From: the human T2T-CHM13v2.0 reference genome, Homo sapiens
Length of the DNA stretch: 64,000 bases
Direction: 5' to 3' (one strand)
Assembly: GCF_009914755.1 (NCBI RefSeq)
Contig: NC_060929.1
The notes under the pieces were generated by a model. It ran no database searches. It was not told the origin of the DNA and worked only from the letters and a program-made list of their open reading frames with translations. A program made the translations under genes and the position numbers. Below are positions 48,616-63,885 of the stretch, one piece after another; positions within the stretch are counted from its first letter, which is position 1; each line of letters begins with the position of its first letter.

Positions 48616-49499
48616 TGTCAGAGGAGTTCAAACCAGAGCGACCCCATCTTGAATAGGGGCTGGGTAAAAATGAAGCTGAGATCTACTGGGCTACATTCCC
48701 AGAAGGTTAGGCATTCTTAGTCACAGGATGTTTATGGCTAAGGGAACAGGTTAGTAATGTTGACTAAACAGATCCAGGACTTAACAGATCCAGGAAATGT
48801 CCTAATGCCCCAATACCTTTTTTTTTTTTTTTTTTTGAGACAGAGTTTTACTCTGTCACCCAGGCTGGAGTACAATGGCACGATCTCGGCTCACCACAAT
48901 CTCTGCCTCCTGGGTTCAAGTGATTCTCCTGCCTTAGCCTCCTGAGTAATTGGAATTACAGGCATACGCCACCACACCTGGCTAATTTTTGTATTTTTAG
49001 TAGAGATAGGGTTTCACCATGTTGGCCAGGCTGGTCTTGAACTCCTGACCTCAGATGATCCACCCACCTAGGCCTCCCAAAGTTCTAGGGTTACAGGCAT
49101 CAGCCACCATGCCCGGACAGACCAATATCTTATGAAGAAAACAATTCTTAGTTTAAGTTCTTCTTTAAAGGTAATAATATAGATTCTTGCTGAAGACAGT
49201 AGGTACACAAAGACCAACAATCCTTTGTGAGGAGCCCTGTATAATTGTAGAGCACATCTCTCCCATGCTTTCTTGCTATGTATCTTATATATAAACAGGC
49301 ATCGTTCCTAAGGTGGTGTATTTCTCCCCTTGCTTTCGAGGACACCCTGCTCTGTCTATGGAGTAGCCCTTCTTTGATTCCTTTACTTTCTTAACAAACT
49401 TGCTTTCACTTTACTCTGTGGACTCATGCTAAATTCTTTCTTGCACAATATCCAAGAACTCTCTCTTGGGGTCTGGATCACAACCCCTTTCTGGTAACA
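48616..49499 (+). mobile_element. ERV1 solo LTR, MER41 family (C/D-like), interrupted by an Alu
   Basis: TGTCAGAGG...CCATCTTGAATAGGGGCTGGGTAAAA start; ...CTCTCTTGGGGTCTGGATC...CTGGTAACA end; TSD AAAC on both sides. Confidence 0.88.
48818..49118 (-). mobile_element. AluS inserted in MER41
   Basis: Poly(T) plus full dimer; short TSD ccaata. Confidence 0.95.
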
Positions 49500-49629
49500 A
49501 AACCATTTTTTCCCCTTGACTTTACAGACCTATGGGTTGTAACTAATTCCTATTGTTGCTTGACTAAGTGCCTCAATATTACTTGTTATATTCCTTAACT
49601 TTGTCCATACATGTTGAAATTGTCACTTC

Positions 49630-49952
49630 CAGTGGTAGATATAGGTTTTATGGAGCCTGAAATTTGTGCAATTTGGAATTCCTTTTTTAAGAAAGGGAGT
49701 ACACAATTATAGACACCAAATCTGAGAGCAAAACTATTTTACTACAGACTTAAAAGGGTGGATCCCTTTCTCCTGAAATCCCTTTAGGGAATTTATCTGA
49801 AATGCTTACTGTAATGATTCCTAATTGAAAACTTGTTGTCCCTCCCCATCCAGAGTACTGAATTGCACAGCAAATCCCAGACTTCACAGAAGCTCATGCA
49901 AATGAGGGCCCTGCAGCTTAAACCTCATTAGCTTCATATTAAATCTGTCTCT
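49630..49952. mobile_element. hAT-Tip100-type MITE (MER115/Zaphod-like)
   Basis: TIR-like ends cagtggtagat/atctgtctctg; ggagcctgaaatttgtgcaatttgg; gggccctgcagcttaaacctcattagcttcat. Confidence 0.5.
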
Positions 49953-50029
49953 GGTCCCTTTCTTTAATTCTCTTTAAAATCCCAATTGAATGTGGCTGCT
50001 ACTCTATGTCAACAACTCCTACTAGTACA

Positions 50030-50480
50030 GGCTAGGAGGAGGAAATGGAAAAAGCAGGCTAATTAGAGATCTCTTTAGTCTGTAGAATCAAGGCTCTTGG
50101 GGGACTTGTGGGAAACAGGAAATGAGGGAGAGGTACATAGCCAGGCTTTAGCTTCAAAAATAGTGTGGTTGTCAGTGTCATTCACGTTCATAGAAACAAG
50201 GAAAAGGCACTGAGTTTAAGGAGAATCAAATTTCAGTTTGGAGTTTGTGAAGTTTGATGTGTCTGTATACCATATCCATAGATATATCTAGGAGACACAT
50301 GTTCTGATCTGCAATTGTGAGGATAGTTTGAGCTGGGATATAGGCATGAGAATCATCAACATAGAGTAAATTTCTCTCTGTGAGTGGTCACTTGAGTCAA
50401 AAGACTTAGGAGTAAAGAAGGGCTAATGTGAATCTCAGAAGGGCAGTATTTGAAAGGGCAGCTCATAGAAGCAAATGCAA
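50030..50480 (-). mobile_element. L2 fragment
   Basis: ttcagtttggagtttgtgaagtttgatgtg; tgagctgggatataggcatgagaatcatcaacatag. Confidence 0.55.
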
Positions 50481-50849
50481 ATTGACTCAGTTGTTAGGAG
50501 GAAACCACAACATTCTATTTAAACAAAAGCAAGAGAAACAAATATATAAAGATGAACAGCATAAGTGACAATTCTGATAAGATGGCAAGGCATGCAAATT
50601 TAAAAGTTTCTCTCTTGTTTGTTGCAATACTGAGAAATTTATAAGGTAAGAATTACCCCACTTTAAGATGAGTAACCTGAGTTTCAGAAAGAAAAAAATG
50701 TTCCTTAATTCATATCTCACATAACAAAAAGATTTCAGATTTGAGTATAAATCAAACTCTGTATTACAAACTATACATGGATTGGTAGCAGGGGCAATCT
50801 CCCATTCAAAAATGAGAAGAATAAAAAGCATGAACAATAGCACTGGAAG

Positions 50850-51803
<954 letters not shown>

Positions 51804-52379
51804 TAGCACTGGAAGCTATAGGGCTTCAGAATCTTTAAAGCTTTTAAAACAAAACAAAATTCCAAACAATCTCTATCAAAACAGTGAATGAAAGTTATCT
51901 CCTTAGAATATTTTTGTGGTTTTACAATTATGCTATTATGGCATAAAAAGGCCAGTCTTCCTGTTATTAGATCTGCTATTATCCATTATATATGTTGAGC
52001 AATACAAAAGAAATGTATCTGTCTACTCTGCTGCCTCCTATTTGTCACCCCTACAACTTGGCTTTGTTCTACAACTCCCACCTTTTCTCCTTTAGTAATG
52101 GTAGAGTTTGGCATTTACCCAATAGTTTTTATTGTAATCATGCCTTCATGGCTAACAAAGAAGGTTTCTATGTGTATGTGATTGGCGCTAGAACCAACAT
52201 GCTATCCATTCTGTCCTTCCAAATTTAATACTTTAGGTTGATATTGGGTGTAGTTTATGTTTCTGGGAGATGCTTTATAGAATATACCTTGTGCCTAATA
52301 CAGTGCAATGTATTTCATATACATATTAAACAGTAAGATTTTCATATTTATGGCCAATAATGCAGTGGTTATGAAACAA

Positions 52380-52950
52380 AACTTTAAAAAATATAAACTA
52401 TCTAAATCTTGGAACAGTTATATATTTACAGAAAAATTACAAAGGTGGTACAGACAATTGACATAAACTCCACGCTCAGTTCCCCCTGTTTTTAATGTTT
52501 TATATTAGTGTGGAACATTTGTTAAAATTAAGAACAAATGGTCATAAATTATTAAGTCTTTGTTCAGATTTTCTTTCTAATACCCTTTCTTTTCTAAAAT
52601 CCCATCCAGGATACCACATTCCACTTACTTGACATGTCTCTGTAGGCCACTGTTAGCAGCCAGTCTCTCAGACTTCTCTTGTTTTAGATGACATTGACCG
52701 TTTTGAGGGATATTAACCAGGTATTCTGTAGGATTTCCCCAATATATTTTTTTTTGATGATTAAGAGTATATGCTAGCAACATGGTTTATGATCATGTCA
52801 GTGTTGGCCATAAGCCCATGTTTGAGGTAGTGTTGGTCAGGGTTTTCCGTTGTAAGGTTGCCTTACTCTTTCAGGAATGAGGAAATATGCCCTCCACTCC
52901 TTGAGGGTAGAGTATCTACATAAATTATTTGGAACTCTACCAACTTCCAC
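52380..52950 (-). mobile_element. L1MB8/L1MC-like 3'UTR
   Basis: tttacagaaaaattacaaaggtggtacaga...cccatccaggataccacatt...agagtatctacataaattatttggaa. Confidence 0.7.
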
Positions 52951-53419
52951 AATGTTCCATTTTTTTTTCACATGGAACAGCACAGGATGAGGGTGAGATG
53001 GATCAGCATAAATGGGAATAATCATGAGAAAAAACTGCTGAGGAAGCCATGAACAAAAGCCTTCTGCCATTTTGTGGACCCAGAGAGTCAGATGAACGTT
53101 TAAAATTACTGATAATGGAAAATTACTGAGCCAGCTTGAAGAAATATCTCAAGGCCACCAATAAGGAGGTCTCAGTAGACGTTCTGAATACTCTGTCAGT
53201 GTAGCCTCCCCAGCCTGCCATAGGAGGCCTCTGAATGGGGATGTCTAAGCTAGGAAGGCATATGTGCCTAAAAGTGTGGCCTGCCATTGTGGGGGTGGGG
53301 GTGAATCTTTGACTATAACTATCTCCAAAGGTTGCAATGCATTGGCTGTGCACCGAGTGTTGAGTGGGGAGAGCCACCTTCCCCCTTGAAACCTGCCAGT
53401 AAAACTTTGTAATTGACTA

Positions 53420-53585
53420 TGACCGGGCCTGAAAGATCAGTTCATCTGTTTCTGCTTGTGTTAAGCTTGGGAGTTTGTGTCCTAAAAAATACTGGTCTAT
53501 TTCATCAAAGTTGTTTCAATAGAGCATAGAGTGATTCATAATATTCTTCATTATCATTTTAATATTCATGGGGTCAGTACCAGTG
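53420..53585 (-). mobile_element. L1M ORF2 fragment
   Basis: agtttgtgtc...ctggtctatttcatc...cataatattcttcattatcattttaat. Confidence 0.5.
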
Positions 53586-54242
53586 CGTTTAAACATATAG
53601 TAAAGACAGTGGCAAAAATAGAAGCTTGTTCCGAAAGTATAATTCTAATAGCACGCCCACAATCACAGAAACAATTCCATTTTCAATGATTTCAAGATAA
53701 AACTACAGGAAGCTTTAAAATGCATTATTAAGCAGAAATTTCCAACTGAAGCTTGCAGAACTCAGCTGCGGTGAATATGATACTGAGGATATTACTCCCA
53801 CTGAGTGGGAGCAACTTCCCTGGAAATGAGTGCCTGAGTGTTTTTCTCTCTGTGTGCTTTGCTGTTCTCTCTCTATCTCTCTTTTTCCTCAAAGCCTCTA
53901 TATCCTCTGTCCTCTATCAATTGCATTTTTATCTCTCTATTAAGCAATTTATAATCTATGTACAAAATTTGTCACCCTTTCTTCCCAACTCCAATATTAA
54001 AGATGTTTAAACTTTTAACTATTTTATTTCTCTTACTGTCCAAAACAAATGTAATTTAAAAATCAATTCCTATAATTATTTGAATTACCATAAATAACAT
54101 TAAATATATATTTATTCATGGACAATAATATAATACTTAGAAGATTTTCATTTTTTCTGCTGAAGATTTGAAAAAGTTGCATTAATTTTGTTTGCATTTC
54201 AGTCATGTTAAATATAAAGATGTTTTCTTCAAATATCTTAGG

Positions 54243-54435
54243 TCAGTGTTTAGAAAAGGTGGTCCATGGTATTCTATTCTAGAGTTTTTGCGATATGTAA
54301 GTTTACAATTGGGATTTTTGGGTCTCATTCTAGAGCATATGAATCAGAATGTTTGAAGAATTCCCATCCTTTTGACACATTTTAAAGCAGTATCCCCGCA
54401 GATCTCTGTGTACCCTAATGTATGAGAAAATTTTC
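54243..54435. mobile_element. MER5A/B-like hAT-Charlie MITE
   Basis: cagtgtttagaaaaggtggtcc...tgaatcagaat...gtatgagaaaa. Confidence 0.5.
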
Positions 54436-55151
54436 TTAAGTCTTGAATTTAAATTTTTATAATATCCTTTTTATTTCTCTGAAGTCATATTTGAAAACGT
54501 TTTTTGATTATTCTTCTTGCCATTCTGCCACATTTACTGAGGTATTCAGATAATTTTCTATTACTGGGACTATAAATGCAATTTCCTCAACTATTTTGAA
54601 GAGATAATATTTTCAATCAGATTGCTATTTCTTGCTTTTTCTCAATTTTCATAAAATTCTTATTACCCTGGTAAGGTGGCAAGAATTTCAAACAGGTTTT
54701 CAAATGTGGCTTCAATTATTTGTCACCTATGTGGTTTTGAGTGAATTTCCAATAAAGTATATTAATTGTCTGCTTTTTAAATTTATCATCAAATTTCATT
54801 TGATTATATTCATTGCATTAAAAAAATGAAGATGGAAGTGGATTTTAAAAGGTATACTACCTTATAGATGCACTTCTTAAATCAGCTTATTGATAATAGT
54901 AGGAAAGCTGCAATATTTAAAAAATAATTGCTTAAAATCATCTTAGAAAGATCAGGGATGTAGAATGATAGAGAAACACAAATTGTAATTTTCAGTGTGT
55001 GTATGTGTGTACATTTTAATTACTTGTACATAATTAAATTTATCTTTTAAGTTTTAGAAAGTTATAGCAAAATGTCATGACAGTAATTAATAGAAAAATA
55101 CAAAAAGATCATCCCCTTTAAACATGTATTCCAGCATATAAAAATACTTAA

Positions 55152-55305
55152 AGCCAGGCATGATGGCATGTATCTGTAATCTTAGCCACTTGGGAGGCTG
55201 AGGTGGGAAGATCACTTGTGCCCAGGAGTTCAAGTCTGCAATGAACTCTGATCACCACTACACTATAGCCTGGGTGACACAGTGAGGCCCTGTCTCCAAG
55301 AAAAG
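55152..55305 (+). mobile_element. Free Alu monomer (FRAM/FAM-like)
   Basis: Single Alu arm flanked by its own TSD, ATAAAAATACTTAA (55138-55151) and ATAAAAATACGTAA (55306-55319). Confidence 0.85.
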
Positions 55306-55599
55306 ATAAAAATACGTAAGTCTCTAACATTGACAATCTTACATTAAATTCCTATAAATTTGAAAGTTATAGGTTATAGGTGCTCTCTCATTAGTCAATA
55401 TAATTTTCTTTTTCCCTGATTTACCAAAAATGTGATATAAATGATGCCAAATTATGAATTCCTAAAGAAGTGATTTAAGATTTGTGTTCTGGTGGGAGAC
55501 CAAGCATATTTTTCTTGGCCAAACTTTCCTTGGCTGGACAGCTAACATTAGAGTGTCCAGATCTCTATAATAAGTCCCCTTTCCTTCTTAAACTGCATA

Positions 55600-55950
55600 C
55601 TGGCTGATTCTTTTCATCACTTCTAATTAAATCATTGTCCAGACAATGTCACTGCCCTATTTATAATCCTTAAATAACTTCTGATTGTGCACCGAATAGA
55701 CTTGACCTGGTTTTAAAAATCCTGCATACGCCTAAACATAGTTTAGCTCTCTAGTTTATCTCCCATCACTCCCTCACTCATTCATGATATCACAGTCTCA
55801 CTGAAATTCCTTCTATTCCTTAATCAGGAAAAATTTATTTTGACCTTGAGATTTCCACATTAGGTCTACTTCCTCTTTAAAATGTGCCTTTCCTAAACTT
55901 CACATAGCTATCTCCTCCTTACTATTCAGACCACAGTTTAAATGTCTTTT
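55600..55950 (+). mobile_element. L2a fragment (continues at ~56640 and ~57610-57765)
   Basis: catagctatctcctccttactattcag...tttaaatgtc; 3' end aataaaaattttgaataaatgaatga at ~57740. Confidence 0.6.
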
Positions 55951-55952
55951 TT

Positions 55953-56632
55953 GAATAAGAGATGCTGGTGAGGCTGCAGAGAAGAGGGAATGCTTATACA
56001 CTGCTGGTAGGAATGTAAATTAGCTCAGCCACTGTGGAAAGCAGTTTGGTGATTTCTCAAAAAACTTAAAATAGAACTACCATTTGATCCAGCAACCCCA
56101 ATATTGGGTATATACCCAAAGGAATATAAATCTTTCTACCGTAAAGGTATATGCACTCATATATTCATTACAGCAGTATTCACAATAGCAAAGACATGGA
56201 ATCAACCTAAATGCCCATCAACAGTAAGCTGATAAAGAAAGTGTGCTACATATATACCGTGAAATACTATGCAACCATAAAAAGAATGAGATCATGTCCT
56301 TTGCATCAACATGCATGGAGCTGGAAACCATTATTCTAAGTGAACTAACACAAAAACTGAAAACCACACATCACATGTTCTCAGTTACAAGTAAGAGCTA
56401 AACATGAGTACACATGGACAAAAAAGAAGGGCACAGTGGACACCAGGGCCTGCAACAGGCTGGAAACTGGAAGGAGGGTAAGGATTGAAAAACTGCTTTT
56501 TGTGTACTATGCTTATTATCTGGGTAATGAAATAATATACACATCAAATCCTCGTGACACATAATTTATCTATAGAACCAACCTGTACATGTACCCCAGA
56601 AACTAAAAGTTGAAAATAAATAAATAAATAAA
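55953..56632 (+). mobile_element. 5'-truncated L1PA (L1PA13-16-like) 3' end
   Basis: gatgctggtgaggctgcagag...catggaatcaacctaaatgcccatc...aacctgtacatgtacccc, with (TAAA)n tail. Confidence 0.9.
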
Positions 56633-56699
56633 ATGCTATTTTTGCAATGAAGCTTTCCCTAACCATTCTATTTCCAGCCTATCAGTCCTCTAGTCAATT

Positions 56700-56746
56700 A
56701 TTAAAAGTAACAGCAAAAACCGCAATTACTTTGGCACCAACCTAAT
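56700..56746. mobile_element. MADE1 (Hsmar1 MITE) half-copy
   Basis: attaaaagtaacagcaaaaaccgcaattactttggcaccaacctaa matches one MADE1 TIR. Confidence 0.8.
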
Positions 56747-56814
56747 AACATTCTATCTAATGATTTTAATACGGTACTCATATTTTTTTCATAAACTGTT
56801 CTTGCATAAGGCAT

Positions 56815-57607
<793 letters not shown>

Positions 57608-57984
57608 ACTGTTTTTATGCATTTATTAATCTTCTGCTATTTGTCTATCACCATGAAAGGCAAGTGCCATATCAACAAACACATCATCTGTCTCCTTGAC
57701 CCACATATCCCTGGACTCTTCAGTAATGCAGCATTAATAAAAATTTTGAATAAATGAATGATTACTTAGACTTTTCTTCCTATCTCAAATATTTAGAAAT
57801 TATCATAATATAGATATTTACAAACATACATATGTATAGGGTTTTCAAGAAAAATATTGGTATTAATGCTAAAAAACATGAGTAACTTCTGGTGGTGAGC
57901 CAGGAAAAGGAAGAATCTTTGGAAATAAGAAAGCGTAGTAGTTTAATCTGCAATGATTTTCTAAAATGACCATTCATATTAAAT

Positions 57985-58345
57985 AGATGTTTTTACCCTG
58001 AGCCCCAGAACCAGTGAATATCATAAGATATTATTTTCATAATGATTTTATGTTATAAGGTGTAGTTGATCACAAAATAAGAAAATTACCCAGGTAGACT
58101 TATTGCAATAACATGAGTCCTTAAAAGCAGAGAACCTTCCCCTGCTGGTGGCAGAAGAGGGTGTCAGGGAGATTTGATGTACAAGAAAGATTCAAGTCAC
58201 AATTTCTAAATTTAAAAATGGAAAAGACCTGCTGGGCACAGTGGCTCACGCCTGTGATCCCAGCACTTTGGGAGGCCGAGGCGGGTGGATCATGAGGTCA
58301 GGAGATCGAGACCATCCTGGCTAACATGGTGAAACCCTGTCTCTG

Positions 58346-58384
<39 letters not shown>

Positions 58385-58894
58385 AGCCGGGCGTGGTGTG
58401 GCGGGAGCCTGTAGTCCCAGCTACTCAGGAGGCTGAGGCAGGAGAATGGCGTGAACCAAGGAGGCGGAGCTTTCAGTGAGCTGAGATCGCGCCACTGCAC
58501 TCCAGCCTGGGCGACAGAGTGAGACTCCGCCTCAAAAAAAAAAAAAAAAAAAAAAAAAAGGAAAAAACCATGATTCAAGAAATACGGGTGATTTCTTGAA
58601 GCTGAGGATGAGCAGGACTGATAGCCAATGGTGAAGCAGAGGCTTCAGTCCCAAACATCACAGAGCGACACTGTCCACCACCTAGATGAATTTGGAAGCA
58701 GATCCTTCCCCAGACTTTCCAGAAACAACATGATCTAGCTGACACATCAATTTCAACATTGTGAGACCCTGAGCGGAAGACCCAGTCTAACCTGCTCTGA
58801 CTTCTAAATTACAGGACAGTGAGATGACACATGGATGTTTATAAGTCTGCTAAGTATATGGCAATTTGTTATGTAGCAATAGAAAACTAATGCA
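57985..58894 (+). mobile_element. MaLR LTR, MLT1E-like, interrupted by AluY
   Basis: atgagtccttaaaagcagaga...ttgtgagaccctgagc...ggcaatttgttatgtagcaatagaaaactaatgca. Confidence 0.8.
58230..58559 (+). mobile_element. AluY with expanded middle A-tract
   Basis: gagatcgagaccatcctggctaac, gagaatggcgtgaacc. A35 linker and A26 tail; degenerate TSD aaaatggaaaagacc/aaaaaggaaaaaacc. Confidence 0.95.
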
Positions 58895-59431
58895 GTCAGA
58901 TCTACAGAGGAAACCACTCTGTAAATCATTCACTACAGAGAAAAAAGAGACAGGAGGGATCAGTTTCAAAATGTACACATCTTGGTACTAGTGGATACAG
59001 GATCAGGAGAGTGCCCGGGAAAGACTGTCAGCGTTTATCTAGCACATTTGATATGGAGATCTAGACTCTGTGACCTTATTTTTGACCCCATTCTCATTGC
59101 CTGAGCACCAGAATCCAGATAATACTGCCTTATTCTCTAGAAACCCAAAGAAATTACCAGAATAAAGAGAAAGCCTGAGGCTTTGAATAGCTGGAAACTA
59201 GCAGAAAAAAATTATGCTTCTGCATCACATGAACAATTAGTCAAGTTCCTTTCCCGAATGACAACATGTCATATCTCTCCTTCTGTAAACTAAAAACAGA
59301 GACTCATTTGAGCAATCCCACACTCAATAATAAATATAAAACAATGAATTAGTAAAAACGCAATCACCTTAAAAAAGAAGCAATGATTCTCCCTTCACAC
59401 TCAAACAGCATCAAGATTAAAAGTAACATCA

Positions 59432-59757
<326 letters not shown>

Positions 59758-60611
59758 TTATTGTTTTGATATATTTACAAACATACTATATAACAATTGC
59801 ATGGATAAATGTGTAACAGGATGTAACATAGATAACTGCTTAAACACAGGAGAAATTATTATGGGCATGAAAAACAAAAAAAAGGTATGTAGGCTGACTG
59901 GCCTACATGTAGGCTGAATGTCTTCAGAAACAAGATGAAGAATCAGTAATTTTATGTTCAGCCAGACTATATTAAAACTACTTGAATAACATATAAGAGA
60001 ATTGGAGGGAGAGAATTCAGGGAAGGGGAGACTGACAGAAGAGGAGTGGGGAGGGGTGTGCTTTTTCTTGTGGAAAGCCTCTGTGGATGCTGTCCTACAG
60101 CTTTGCACAATGCAATTTTGATGATTGCACAGTAAACAGCTACCTGTAGAAGCTTCTCCCTGGAATATATCGAAGATGCCTCACTCGGTTTGGGTGGGAT
60201 TAGCTGAGAACTCTACAATTCTACATTATTTCTCTAGGGCTGAAAAAGTTCTATTTTAAATAAATGTTAAAGTCGGGATGAAGATTCTGCTAAATTGTTG
60301 TCACTTCCCAATTAGCCTAGATAAGTGCCTCTGCTTCTATGTATTGATTGTTTTTCCCGTTATTCATCACCTGATGAATTTTCGGTCAACGTAGAATGTG
60401 TTAAAAGACATCAAGGGCTTTCCTTTCTCTCCCCACAGGAGTCTTACAGCTGAGGCACAGAGACTTCTGTTCAGGGCCTCTCTTGCAAATTGATGTTTCT
60501 TCTATAATCAATGCTGTGTCTGTGTGATATGCAACTGTATTTTTAATTTTATTTTTGAATGAAACAGTGAGAGGCATTAGAGTAGGAGTCTGCATCTTTT
60601 CTTAGTTTTTA

Positions 60612-60712
60612 CTACCAGCAGTGTATAAGCATTCCCTTTTCTCTGCAGCCTCACCAGCATCTCTTATTCAAAAAAGACATTTAAACTGTGGTCTGAATAG
60701 TAAGGAGGAGAT
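60612..60712 (-). repeat. 101-bp inverted copy of 55910-56010
   Basis: Reverse complement is identical to 55910-56010 except at one base, and it spans the L2/L1PA junction. Confidence 0.95.
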
Positions 60713-60883
<171 letters not shown>

Positions 60884-62027
60884 TTATAATACTGCAACTC
60901 TCTTCACTTCTCTACTTATAGCATGAAAAATTCTGTTTTCCATAGTGATTATTAGTTTTAACTCATGTAACCATGTAGCTATTTAAAGAAGAATAATAAT
61001 TTTGATGACAAGGAAAAAATAAAAAGCGAAAGAAAGGTGGATTTAATTGACAAACTCTGTTGAGATAATATTTTCTTTGAAAGAATTAAGCTCAGGGGTT
61101 CACAATTTCACTTCAGGCAATAGAACTTAAATTTAAAAAGCTAAATCTCTATCAACTTGCAGAAAAATGCATATAAACCTTGTTTAGGTCATGTAGTGGC
61201 CTATGAATCTCTTGGGATCTGAAAAAAAGTTTGATAACATTTGAATTGCATATGGACTTATTAGATGAAAGGATCCATATGCATTAATGTATAAATATTT
61301 CCAAACATATCTCCAATTACTGTATACAATAACATTTGAAGAGAAAACAGAAATGTAAAGAGAAAAAAACCAAAACAAAACACTAAATTTGGGCCAGATT
61401 AGCTTTCACCGGTTCAAAGAATTTCTATACTTTATAATTCAAGCAAAATAATTTAGTTTGTTTCAAAGAATGACATTCCAATATTCTAAATTTGACCTTG
61501 TGTTTGTTTAAGCTAGATAAATCACTAAAAATATAATGTCTTGTAATATATTTATTTATAAAAAGCAGATTGTTATGGGATTCCTTTATTTGAAGCCAAG
61601 CAAAATACATAGCCAGCATACAAATGTAAGCATCCCTTCATTCTATGATAAAAGAGTCAAGCACAACTTCAGAGAATTCTTTCTCTTATTCTAGGGAGAA
61701 AATTTAATTTCTGCTTTTTGCTACAATACCTTTCGGAAATGAAATTAATTCTTTGAGATTTACCAGTTTCATTCTTTTTCTTGTCGTTAATATAAACAAG
61801 TGTACGATTGATCTAATGATCAATAAGGTTACTTGACTACAAATAAAGTATATCCACACAAAAATAACTTTATTAAAGCAAATAACTATCATTTTCAAAA
61901 ATATTATAGTAAGGAGACCACCTCCATTATGTCTAGCTTATGTATGCATTTCTAAATTGTGCAAAATTGAGTTTATTGTTTTCCAGTGCTGCTGTGTGGA
62001 TTGCTCTCTATGATCTCACCTTCATTT

Positions 62028-63200
62028 TTTTCTTCAAAATTTCAACTTTTATTTTAGATACAGGGAGTACATGTGAAGTTTTTGTTACATGAGAATATTG
62101 TGTGATGCTGAGGTTTGGGGTATGGATCCTTTCACCCAGGTAGTGAGCATAGTACCTATCTCAACTGCATTCATATTACCGCAAAAACAAACATAATTTC
62201 ATTTTTTTTTCTGGCTACACAGCATTCCATGGTTATATGTATGACTTTTTTTATCCAGTCTACCATGGATGGGCATCAGGGATGACAGCGTGTCTTTGCT
62301 ATTGTGAATAGCGTGAAGATGAACATATGAATACATATGTCTTTTTGGTAGAATTACTTACTTTCCTTTCAGTAGAAGAACAGAATAGAAAACTCAAAAA
62401 TAATGTCAAACACCTACAATCATCTTATCTTTAACTTGGCTGACCAGAGCAAGCAACGGGGAAAAGACTCCCTATTCACTAAATGGTTCTGGGATAATTG
62501 GCAAGAAGGTTTATGCAGAAGATTGATGCTGGACCCTTACATTTTACCACATAAAAAAACTAACTCAAAATACACCAAAGACTTAAATGTGAGACCTCAA
62601 ACTGCAAAAATATTAGAAGACAACCTAGGAAATACTCCTCTTGATGTTGACCTTGGCAAATAATTTTTGGGTAAGTCCCCAAATACAATGGCAACACAAG
62701 CAAAAATAGACAAGTGGGACCTAATTAAACTGAAAAGCTTCTGCACAACAGAAGAAACTATCAGCAGAGTAAATAGACAACCACAGAATGGGAGAAGATA
62801 TTCACAAACTATGCATCTGACAGAAGCCTAATGCCCAGAATCTATAAGGAGCTTAAACAAACAAGTAAAAAGCAAATAACTCCACTAAAAAATGGGCAAA
62901 GGACATGAACAGACACTTCTCAAAAGAAGACATACATGCAGCCAACAAACATGGAAAAGTTACATATATATGGCATCACCAATCATCAGAGGAATGTCCA
63001 TCAAAACCAAAATGATGTACCATCTTACACCAGTCAGAATGGCTATTATTAAAAAGTCAAAAAACAAGAGATGCTAGCTAGGCTGCAGAGAAAAGGGAAT
63101 GTTTATATGCTGCTGGTGGGAATGTAAATGAATTCGTCCACTTAGAAATCAGTCTGGAGATTTCTCTAACAACTTAAAACAGAGCTACCATTTGACTGAG
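62028..63200 (-). mobile_element. 5'-inverted (twin-primed) L1PA15-17-like element
   Basis: Minus-strand 3' end at 62028-62370 joined to a plus-strand ORF2 segment at ~62372-63198. TSD TCACCTTCATTT (62016-62027) / TCACCTTTATTT (63201-63212). Confidence 0.85.
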
Positions 63201-63754
63201 TCACCTTTATTTCTGATTCTGGTTCTGGAACTTCTAGATCACATTATGTTAGCCTGAGAGTTTGATGTCATCTGTTCACACCAGGCAAACTGTCCTGTCA
63301 CCTTCTCTGACCTCTGCTCGTATTCTGCTGAGTAGATTTTGATGCTAGGGCTGCTTGCATGACATATGCTTGAGAGTCACACATGCTTTTTTATTCTTTT
63401 TATTTTACTTTGTACAATGACAGTCATTTTGGCATTCTTTACTGCTACTGCTTAGTTATCATATCCTGTATTCCTCTATTGAATTTTTCTAACTTCATTT
63501 TGATTTACTTTAATGATCTCAGACATATTTTATCTTCCACTTGTTCCAGAATCTCATTCAGCAGAACCATAAGATCTTTTATAATCTGCCATCTCTTCCT
63601 CTCTCTGCCTCTTTTTCTCTCTCTGCACATCTGTGTGTGTGTTTATTTTTTAATTTTGAAATAAATTCAGGCTTACAAAAAGAGACAAAAATATTTCAAA
63701 AAATTTTTAAAAATCCTTCATCCAGTGTTTTTCAAATTTTATGTTATATAACCA

Positions 63755-63885
63755 ATGATGTATATGTATACACACACACATACACATAAACACACACACA
63801 CACATACACATAAACACACCCATATATAGATAATCTATAGATATGTATTTCTCTATATGCACAAATATAGAGTATATATTAATAA
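63755..63885. repeat. (CA/TA)-rich simple repeat
   Basis: tatatgtatacacacacacatacacataaacacacacac... Confidence 0.75.

Noticed and set aside
63068-63200. Similarity to 55955-56090 and 60612-60670
   Set aside because: Ordinary L1PA family homology. Unlike the 60612 copy, it does not include the flanking L2 junction.
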